From IMG/VR virus record IMGVR_UViG_3300005937_000001, positions 1 through 64,000 of that record: 64,000 nucleotides of DNA; one strand, given 5' to 3'. The notes below the pieces were generated by a model. The model was not told where the DNA came from, ran no database searches, and saw nothing but the letters and a program-made list of their open reading frames with translations. The DNA is from a virus. Lineage: Duplodnaviria > Caudoviricetes. Below, one piece after another: positions 15,983-23,313 of this stretch; positions within the stretch are counted from its first letter, which is position 1; the number at the start of each line of letters is the position of its first letter. Position numbers and translations under genes: made by a program.

Positions 15983-18900
15983 AGCACGCGATCCAACGCA
16001 AACGATCAAGCTGCGCAAAGCGTTTCGTGCCACTGCTAAGCTTCGCTTGCGCCAACTGCGTGCGGCCATGCGCGTCGCTGTGGTCGACCACAACTTGCTC
16101 AGCTACTCGACCCAGGGCGCACTCGCTTACGCGCCCGCGCACACGCGCCTGGAAGCGTTCGTCGGTTGGATCGAGGCGACTGGTGGGCAGTATCTACTCG
16201 GCTCTGACTGGGCGCGGCCTTTCATCGAGCGTGCCTGGCGCATGGGTGAAGCTAAGGCGGTGCGCGAGACTGGCAAGGCTGCTGGCCCCGACGAGTCCGA
16301 TGACCTGGTCGCACGGGCGCGCAACGAGATCACTGGCATTCTTGCTGCACTGGTGCAGCAGACCAGCCGGCAAGCGGCGAGCATCATCGCTCGTGGTACG
16401 CGTCGGCAACAAGCGTTGCGCGAGTTGTTCGCTGTGTTCGATCGAGTTGCGCTGCCGCGCCTGATCGCGGTGGCCGACGTTACGGTGATCAAGGCCTACA
16501 ACGAAGCCAAGTTGAATTGCTATGCCGCCGGCGGCATCAAGCACGTGGGCGTCCATGCTGAAACACTTCCTAACAATCATCGAACGACTCGCATGGATGC
16601 TGCTGATCGTGTTGCGACGCCGGAGGAGATACTTGCCGAGGAGGAAGAGCTTGTCGGCATCCTGACCGCCGGCGACGACAAGGTCTGTCAGCGCTGCGAG
16701 GACTGGGCAGAAGATTCGCCCTACGAGATCGAAGAGGTGCGTGACGTCTATCCACTGCACCCGCGCTGTCGCTGTGCAGTCTATCCATGGGAAGACCTGC
16801 GCTTCAAAGGTGAGGACAAGGAGTGGGAGGAAGAGAAGCACCCGCGCGTGGCTGCGGGCTCGCCTGAGGGCGGACGCTTCACGAGCTGGGGCGGTGCCGA
16901 GCACGGCGAAGAGGTTTCAGAGAAACAAGCTGCATCGGTCAAAGCGCTGGCCGAAGCGGTGCCAGGCCTGAAGAATTTCCTACCCTATATGGCGCCCGAT
17001 GAAGTCAATCGGGTGAAGAAGGCCAACGTCAAGCGCATGGTCGAGCTGTTCACCACGTTTCCGGTGGAAGCTGAGGAGATGGCCGCGGTTGCTTACTCTG
17101 GCGGCGCCAAGCGTGGTTGGTATCGCAAGAGCGCAAAGGCTTTGCTCGACGTGTTCGGTGCAGTCGACGCGCCGCGTTTTGCTTCGCTGCTGGCAGCGCT
17201 CTCGCCGCAGACTGGCGTCGAGGATAACGCGATCAATGCACTCAACACCTGGACCAACTGGGTGCGCGCTGGCCGGCCGACCGATCGTGACAGCATCGTC
17301 AAGGTACTCGGCCAGAGCGTGCAAGGTGAGAAAGGCGCCGAGAGCATCCTGCCTGCGTGGATCAACAACTCAGTCACCGCACTGAGCACGCCCGATCCCG
17401 AGGCGATCGTGCTGTCTGGCCCGAAGGTCGATTCGTTCGCCTACAATCTTCGCGACCACGTCAACGCGGTCACGCTCGACAGCTGGATGGCGAACTATCT
17501 CGGCATTAAGCAGGCACTGTTCGCACGGCGCCAGGCGGTGCCTGGTGTGCGACCAGGCAAGGGGCCGATGTACATCGCCACTGCGGCGATGACGCGACGA
17601 GCTGCTGAGATACTGACGCAACGCACCGGTGAGAAGTGGACGCCGGCAGAAATTCAAGAGACCATCTGGTCGTGGGCAAAGACGCTGTACGAACGCGCGA
17701 GCGCGGACAAAACCACAGTGGCGCAGCTGCTCGAAGCTGGCAGCGTCACGCACAAAGACATCGCCGACACGCCAGACTTTGCGATACTGTTCACGCAGAA
17801 CGTCTATCGCAAAATTCTCGAGGAAGGCGGCTATGGCAAGCAAGCGGCGGCGATTGCAGCAAGCAATCGAGAACCTGATCTCACTGCAGGAGGAAGAAGC
17901 AGCCTTACGTCAGCCGAAGGCTCAGGCATTCCTCAGGATGCTTTCACCCGTCACCTCCTCAAAGCCGCGGGGCGGCTCGACCTCCTCCGAGAAGAGCGAG
18001 CCAAGCGAAAAGCCGGAGAAGAAGAGGTAGACAGCCTCGACGCCTGGATCGAGTTCGAAGACTACGATCCTGACGAGCCACGCGATCCACTCGGCAAGTG
18101 GACCACTGGCGGTAGTGGGCATCCAGGCGCAGGCTACAGCGCCAGCGCTCGCATCGACAGCAAGGGCGTCATCCACACCTCGAACGTTTATGACGCGCAG
18201 CGCGCGCTGTTCGAAAACCGCAAGGTCGAGCTAAAGCAAATCAAGCAGGTTTCAACGCTGATTAAGCGCCTGGGTGAGACCGCAGCCGAGATGGCCGAGC
18301 ATGGCGAGAAGGCGCCGGTATTCAATCTCTGCAACGTCAGCGTCGAAGGCACCAACCTCTTTTGCTCCGAGCACAAGGGCATCCCGCGCATCAAGATGCC
18401 GGTGATTCCGCGCAAGCAGACCAAGGAGTTCATCAAGCACCTTGAGGCGCGCGGTTACAAAACCGAGAAGAGCACCGAGCGCGCTGATCACTTACGCGCC
18501 ACGCAAGACGAGATCGACGGCGCCAAGGTGGCGCAGTCAATGGCGCGCATCGATAGAGAAGGCTTCTACAAGCGCCTGGTGGTGTCGCGCGACGACTACA
18601 TCGTCGATGGCCATCACACCTGGGCGGCGCAGCTCGGTGTTGATGCGCGCGACGGCACGCTCAAAGGCGACAAGACGGTCAAGATCACGCGCGTCGACAT
18701 CGGCATCATTCAGCTGCTGCACGAAGCCAACGCTTGGACCACCAAGCAAGGCATCCAGCGCAAGGCGGCTGGTGATGCACTCGACTTCAATCCCGATCAG
18801 CCGCGCGTGCCCGCGGGTGAGAGCACTGGCGGTCAATGGACCAGTGGCGGCGGTGGCATCGAGCATGGAATGATCGAGGTGCCGGCGCGCACCTTCGTGG

Positions 18901-20732
18901 AGTCGCGCGACGTCTCGACCCGTCAACAGTTTCTCTCACCGCATCCTGCGGAAGAGCTGGGCCAGCACACGCTGCTGCTCAATCGTGAGGGCAACGTTGG
19001 CATCTCAATCGATCAGCACGGCGATGTGCAGAATGTGTTCAACAACGGCGGACCCAAAGGAGGTGCAGCAAAAGCGATGGTAGCAGCAATCGAGCACGGC
19101 GGCCGTACGCTCGACTGCTACGATGGGTTTTTACCTAGCTACTACGGCCAGTTCGGATTCAAAGAAACGCAAAGAATGAAGTTCAATCCGGCGTACGCAC
19201 CGCCAGGATGGGACTTTGCGAAATACGACAACCCCGATATTGTCTTCATGAGTTGGGGCGGCTATGTGCAGGGAGGCGAGCGTGAAGCGATTGCGCGCGC
19301 CTCCTCGCGCAAGGACTGGATCAAGGTTGAGAGGACGCAAAGCTATGGCGACGACTGGGATGCCGCAAAAGCCGCAAGCCGAGACGCAGCAGCAGTTGGA
19401 GCTGCAGTTCATCGAGGAGCTGGAGCAGCACCACGGCCGCAAACTCAGTCCGCAGGAAGCCGCGCTGGCTTTGGAGCAGGCGAAAGCTCTGGGGGAGATA
19501 AGCTCCTCCTAGTCTCCGAGCAGCCTGGCGCGGCCAAGCTCGACAAGTGGCAAGCGGAGATCAAGGCTCGACGCGACGAGAAAGAAAAAGCCGAGCAGTT
19601 CGGCGATCGCGAAGACGATCAGCTCGCCTACATGGCCAAGGCGCTGAAAGAGTACAGCGATATTGACCAGCTCGATGCGGGCCGTGCTGGCATCAACGTT
19701 GTCTACGGTGGGCCGCACGATAGCGACGAGACCAAGCTGCTCGCTGCTGTGCTCACTCGCTTCAACCCACGTCAAGGCGTCGCCCGCATCACGCTCTCTG
19801 GTGGCATCGATGCCGACGCGCACATCAAGGCACTGCAACAAGTCGTAGCACGTTACGGGTCTCAGGCTGAACGCATCGAGGCGCAAATCTGGGGTGACGA
19901 CCTAGAGAGCGCAATCATTTACGAGAAGGCTGGCTTCAAGATCAGCGGCACCACCGATCTTGGGATGACGCGGCTAGTTTATGGCAAGGAAGGACCCACC
20001 GCACGCGAGCAGGAGGCGGCAGAGAAGCTCGCGGTCGCGCGGAAGAACGAAGTTGAGTCGAAGGCTCGCATCGCTGCCGCGCAGCTCGACTTCAACCCCG
20101 ACAACGTCGAGTTCACTGACGCCGACGACACGTTCGAACTTAATGGCGTGAAGATGCATTTCGCCGGCTCCTACACGCGCGGGTCTGCGAAGGTCAAAAT
20201 CTATCATCAGCATGTGGCGCTTGCCAGCGTCGCCGGCGTCACTGCGCATGAGATCGGACACCGCAAGCTCGACGCCTTGCGCGCACGCTACCGCGACGAA
20301 TACCGCGACATGCTGGCCGAGCCTGGTGCGCCGCCTGATCCACAAGGCGAACGTTGGTGGCAACAGCGCGGCGGCCACGAGACCGTCATGATGGCGAGTG
20401 GTGAGCTGCGCGAACCCTACGCCTCAAAATATCCGGTCTATCATCAGTGGGAGACCAACGTTGAACTTAAGCGTGACAAGCTGCGCAAGAGCGACGGTGT
20501 CACCGACTACTCGAAGGAATACTGGAAGGGCTTCGAGAAGGGCGAGATACCGATCGACAAGGCGATGCACGAGACCATCGCCGAGATGACGCGGATCAAG
20601 TTCGAGACTGGCAAGCTGCCAGGCTCACCCGAGTGGAAGACGCTGTACAAAATGATCGAAGAGAACTGGTCGAAGATGTCACCGCTTGAACGTGCAGTCG
20701 AACAGCACAGCAGTGAAAAGGCGAGATGGTGA
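15951..20732 (+). CDS. MuF (Mu gpF / SPP1 gp7-like) minor head protein fused to several enzymatic modules (polyvalent protein, 1593 aa)
   Basis: ARDPTQT N-terminus and TAGDDKVCQRC...HPRCRC MuF core; then a WY...AALSPQ...GPKVDSF...VTLDSW module, ParB-like ATQDEI...DGHH, GNAT-like LDCYDGFL..YY.QFGF, a second GNAT-like IYEKAGF, and zincin HEIGH...HETIAE; between portal and protease. Confidence 0.85.
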   Translation: MTLAQLFDAHKARDPTQTIKLRKAFRATAKLRLRQLRAAMRVAVVDHNLLSYSTQGALAYAPAHTRLEAFVGWIEATGGQYLLGSDWARPFIERAWRMGEAKAVRETGKAAGPDESDDLVARARNEITGILAALVQQTSRQAASIIARGTRRQQALRELFAVFDRVALPRLIAVADVTVIKAYNEAKLNCYAAGGIKHVGVHAETLPNNHRTTRMDAADRVATPEEILAEEEELVGILTAGDDKVCQRCEDWAEDSPYEIEEVRDVYPLHPRCRCAVYPWEDLRFKGEDKEWEEEKHPRVAAGSPEGGRFTSWGGAEHGEEVSEKQAASVKALAEAVPGLKNFLPYMAPDEVNRVKKANVKRMVELFTTFPVEAEEMAAVAYSGGAKRGWYRKSAKALLDVFGAVDAPRFASLLAALSPQTGVEDNAINALNTWTNWVRAGRPTDRDSIVKVLGQSVQGEKGAESILPAWINNSVTALSTPDPEAIVLSGPKVDSFAYNLRDHVNAVTLDSWMANYLGIKQALFARRQAVPGVRPGKGPMYIATAAMTRRAAEILTQRTGEKWTPAEIQETIWSWAKTLYERASADKTTVAQLLEAGSVTHKDIADTPDFAILFTQNVYRKILEEGGYGKQAAAIAASNREPDLTAGGRSSLTSAEGSGIPQDAFTRHLLKAAGRLDLLREERAKRKAGEEEVDSLDAWIEFEDYDPDEPRDPLGKWTTGGSGHPGAGYSASARIDSKGVIHTSNVYDAQRALFENRKVELKQIKQVSTLIKRLGETAAEMAEHGEKAPVFNLCNVSVEGTNLFCSEHKGIPRIKMPVIPRKQTKEFIKHLEARGYKTEKSTERADHLRATQDEIDGAKVAQSMARIDREGFYKRLVVSRDDYIVDGHHTWAAQLGVDARDGTLKGDKTVKITRVDIGIIQLLHEANAWTTKQGIQRKAAGDALDFNPDQPRVPAGESTGGQWTSGGGGIEHGMIEVPARTFVESRDVSTRQQFLSPHPAEELGQHTLLLNREGNVGISIDQHGDVQNVFNNGGPKGGAAKAMVAAIEHGGRTLDCYDGFLPSYYGQFGFKETQRMKFNPAYAPPGWDFAKYDNPDIVFMSWGGYVQGGEREAIARASSRKDWIKVERTQSYGDDWDAAKAASRDAAAVGAAVHRGAGAAPRPQTQSAGSRAGFGAGESSGGDKLLLVSEQPGAAKLDKWQAEIKARRDEKEKAEQFGDREDDQLAYMAKALKEYSDIDQLDAGRAGINVVYGGPHDSDETKLLAAVLTRFNPRQGVARITLSGGIDADAHIKALQQVVARYGSQAERIEAQIWGDDLESAIIYEKAGFKISGTTDLGMTRLVYGKEGPTAREQEAAEKLAVARKNEVESKARIAAAQLDFNPDNVEFTDADDTFELNGVKMHFAGSYTRGSAKVKIYHQHVALASVAGVTAHEIGHRKLDALRARYRDEYRDMLAEPGAPPDPQGERWWQQRGGHETVMMASGELREPYASKYPVYHQWETNVELKRDKLRKSDGVTDYSKEYWKGFEKGEIPIDKAMHETIAEMTRIKFETGKLPGSPEWKTLYKMIEENWSKMSPLERAVEQHSSEKARW
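17833..18030 (+). CDS. nested +1-frame ORF inside the MuF polyprotein (65 aa)
   Basis: AGGAAGG RBS; MASKRRRLQQAIENLISLQEEEAALRQPKAQAFLRML...; host-frame codons over the first half are unusually A/T-ending. Confidence 0.5.
   Translation: MASKRRRLQQAIENLISLQEEEAALRQPKAQAFLRMLSPVTSSKPRGGSTSSEKSEPSEKPEKKR
19345..19512 (+). CDS. nested +1-frame ORF inside the MuF polyprotein (55 aa)
   Basis: GAGGA RBS 9 nt before ATG; MATTGMPQKPQAETQQQLELQFIEELEQHHGRKLSPQEAALALEQAKALGEISSS; +1 frame is CAG/CTG/GAG/TTC/ATC-rich while the host frame is GCA/GGA/GCT low-complexity. Confidence 0.65.
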   Translation: MATTGMPQKPQAETQQQLELQFIEELEQHHGRKLSPQEAALALEQAKALGEISSS

Positions 20733-20947
20733 GTGAACGTGTTACTGCGCCCTGGACTGAAGAGCAGGTTGCTGCGCTCAACGAGTATCAGCATTCTGGC
20801 TGCTTCCATCCCTACACGTGCCCATTCAACAGCGGCGCCTGTCTTGTCGCGACACGTGAGGGCTGGGTCTGCGAGCATTGCGGCTACACCCAAGACTGGA
20901 TGCTCTGGCCAATCCCCGAGGTCCCAATACTTGGGAGGAAAGCGTGA
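20726..20947 (+). CDS. small Cys/His-rich phage protein
   Basis: PWTEEQVAALNEYQ..G.FHPYTC...LVATREGWVCEHCGYTQDW. Confidence 0.7.
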   Translation: MVSERVTAPWTEEQVAALNEYQHSGCFHPYTCPFNSGACLVATREGWVCEHCGYTQDWMLWPIPEVPILGRKA

Positions 20948-21117
20948 CGATTGAAACCGCGGTCGTAAAAAACCGGCCGGCAATCGTGTCGTACCTTAAC
21001 GATCGCTTCGAGCCAGTCGAGAAGACAATCGCCACGTTGGTGAAGGTCAACTTCACCGACGACGAGGCCGGCGCGTTCTTTGCAGTGGTGGATCGTGAAC
21101 CCGCGCGAGTTGGTTGA
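20944..21117 (+). CDS. hypothetical protein, 57 aa
   Basis: GGAGG RBS, GTGA coupling; IETAVVKNRPAIVSYLNDRFEPV...LVKVNF. Confidence 0.6.
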   Translation: MTIETAVVKNRPAIVSYLNDRFEPVEKTIATLVKVNFTDDEAGAFFAVVDREPARVG

Positions 21118-21283
21118 AGTATCGTGGGAGACTCCGCTTGGCCGGCAGGAGTGGCGCCAGGCGGTCATTCTCTGCGTGATGCCGCGGCTGCTGATTATCC
21201 AATACCAGGATGGTCGGCGGCACTGCTTGCCGAAAGAGCATGTGCGGCCGATGCTTCAGCCGGTCATGCGCATGACGATGTAG
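21080..21283 (+). CDS. hypothetical protein, SH3-like beta pattern
   Basis: LVEVSW...AVILCV...LIIQYQDG; start uncertain. Confidence 0.45.
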   Translation: MQWWIVNPRELVEVSWETPLGRQEWRQAVILCVMPRLLIIQYQDGRRHCLPKEHVRPMLQPVMRMTM

Positions 21284-21795
21284 GTGTCGTTGGCCCAAAC
21301 TCTGGGCCAGAGAGCACGGTTGGGATCGTTCGCAAGAAACTCGCCCAGATCATCTTTCCTGAGCATGACGTGGTTATTCCAAATGCGACCCCTTCCGAGC
21401 GCTAGTGGAATGTCTGGGGTTAGATGCTTCAGTAAATCGTGCAGCCACGAATTAGCTATCATCTCTTTGAGTTGATCCACAGGCGGCTGCCGCTGCTTAA
21501 AATAGTCTTCCGCCACTTTGGCTTCAGCTTTTTTCTCGGCTTGGTGTTTTAGAAATTCCTCTGCCGCTTTGTGCGCCTCTCTGCGTGTCAACTCCGCGGT
21601 TGGTGGATTGATGTAGCTGCGCTGTTGCAGCGGCACTGGATCGTAACGCAAACGATTGCTGTCGGGATGTGTCTCGATCAGGCCGACTGCTTCGATCTCG
21701 TGCTGACACTGCGTCATGTCACCCCACTCGTCATCGAAATCAGGATCGACGCTCGGGCAATCGGGGATGAGAAAGAACCCTTGTGTCGGTTTCAT
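21256..21795 (-). CDS. hypothetical protein on the opposite strand inside the head module (about 179 aa)
   Basis: Only long ORF over this interval; natural sequence (EAHKAAEEFLKHQAEKKAEAK); weak RBS. Confidence 0.55.
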   Translation of the reverse strand: MKPTQGFFLIPDCPSVDPDFDDEWGDMTQCQHEIEAVGLIETHPDSNRLRYDPVPLQQRSYINPPTAELTRREAHKAAEEFLKHQAEKKAEAKVAEDYFKQRQPPVDQLKEMIANSWLHDLLKHLTPDIPLALGRGRIWNNHVMLRKDDLGEFLANDPNRALWPRVWANDTYIVMRMTG

Positions 21796-21830
21796 TCGCT
21801 CACTGTAGCACAGTAAAGCGGAGATTGAAA

Positions 21831-22004
21831 ATGACTCTTGGTCTCGCTTTTTGGATTTTAATGCTGATCTGGCTGGTGTTTGGCCTGGTCTGGCACTTCG
21901 GCTACGCCCCCGCATCCTGGGCCGTCGGGGTCAATAGCCTGCTGCTGTTCGTGCTGTTCGTCTTGCTTGGTTGGCAAGTATTTGGCGCACCGCTGCACAG
22001 GTGA
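21831..22004 (+). CDS. 57-aa two-TM membrane protein
   Basis: MTLGLAFWILMLIWLVFG...NSLLLFVLFVLLGWQVFGAPLH; GGAG RBS. Confidence 0.75.
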   Translation: MTLGLAFWILMLIWLVFGLVWHFGYAPASWAVGVNSLLLFVLFVLLGWQVFGAPLHR

Positions 22005-22007
22005 CTC

Positions 22008-23270
22008 ATGCCGCTCACAGCGAAGGGTGAAAAAATTCTCGCCGCGATGATCGAAGAATACGGCGAAGAGGAAGGCAAGCGCATTTTCTACGCCAGCAAG
22101 AACGCCGGCAAGATCACTGGAGTTGATTGCGACATGAACGACGCATTGATTCTCGAGTTCGACGACCGCGCGAACGCAGCGATCATCGACGGCGGTTACA
22201 TGCGCGCGATGCCACGCATAGCACGTACCGGCATTCAGATTTATCACGGCAAGGAGTGCGGTCGCCCTGAGATGGAAAAGGTGCGCGTGTTCCGCCCGCA
22301 AGATGCAGTGTTCGGTAACGCCGCAGTGAAATCCTACACGCACCTACCCGTCACGCTCGATCATCCTGGCGTGTCCGTCGATTCCACCAACTGGAAAAAG
22401 TACGCAGTCGGCGAGACCGGCGAGGACGTACTACGCGATGGCGGCACCGTGCGCGTGCCGATGATGCTGCGCGATGCCACTGCAATCGCTGCAGTGAAGG
22501 ACGGCAAGAACCAAATCAGTGTTGGCTATTCGTGTGACCTCGAATGGGTCGATGGCATCACGGAAGACGGCCAGAAGTACGACGCGGTGCAGAAGAACAT
22601 CCAGGGCAACCACGTGGCCATCGTTTCCACCGCACGCGGTGGCCCTGAACTGAAATTCGGCGATAGAGGAGATGACGTTATGGCCGAACTCAAGACACTC
22701 ATGATCGACGGCATCGCGTGCCAAATGACCGACACTGCTTCGGTGCTCGTGCAGAAGCTGCTCGACAATTTCGAGGAGTTCAAAAAGAAGAAAAAGAAGG
22801 AAGAGGAGGCCGAAGAGGACGGGCTCAAGAGGGATATCGCAGCCAAGGACGCTGCGATCGTCGTCAAGGATAAGGAGATCGTCGAGCTGCAAGCGAAGCT
22901 TACTGATGCACTCAAGCCCGAGCGCACCCGCGATGCAGCCATCAAGCTGCTTGCCGTCATCGACAAAGCGCAGAAAGTCACCGGCAAGGCCATCAAGTTG
23001 GACAGCGTCACCGATGCTGCAAACGTCATGCGTGAGGTTGTCAACGGCAAGCTTGGTGATGCAGCCAAGGGCTGGGATGACAACAAGATCGACGCTGCTT
23101 TCGACGCCATCACGCTGACGACGTCCAGCAAGCCGATCAACGACGCGATCAACGCATTCAATCGGCCGGCCTTCCACCATCCAAGCGGCACGACTGATCC
23201 GCGTGACCAGGCCTACTACGACTCTGTCAAAGAGTTGGAAAACGCTTGGAAGAAGCCGGTAGCTTCGTAA
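22008..23270 (+). CDS. DUF2213-type prohead protease / scaffold
   Basis: PRIARTGIQIY, FRPQDAVF, SYTHLPVTLDHP, QISVGYSC, QKNIQGNHVAIVSTARGG; C-terminal helical scaffold; extra N-terminal MPLTAKGEKIL...FYASKNAGKITGVD micro-domain. Confidence 0.9.
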   Translation: MPLTAKGEKILAAMIEEYGEEEGKRIFYASKNAGKITGVDCDMNDALILEFDDRANAAIIDGGYMRAMPRIARTGIQIYHGKECGRPEMEKVRVFRPQDAVFGNAAVKSYTHLPVTLDHPGVSVDSTNWKKYAVGETGEDVLRDGGTVRVPMMLRDATAIAAVKDGKNQISVGYSCDLEWVDGITEDGQKYDAVQKNIQGNHVAIVSTARGGPELKFGDRGDDVMAELKTLMIDGIACQMTDTASVLVQKLLDNFEEFKKKKKKEEEAEEDGLKRDIAAKDAAIVVKDKEIVELQAKLTDALKPERTRDAAIKLLAVIDKAQKVTGKAIKLDSVTDAANVMREVVNGKLGDAAKGWDDNKIDAAFDAITLTTSSKPINDAINAFNRPAFHHPSGTTDPRDQAYYDSVKELENAWKKPVAS

Positions 23271-23313
23271 CTTGACCACTCAACGACCAGGGCATCGATA
23301 GGAGACTCCCCCC

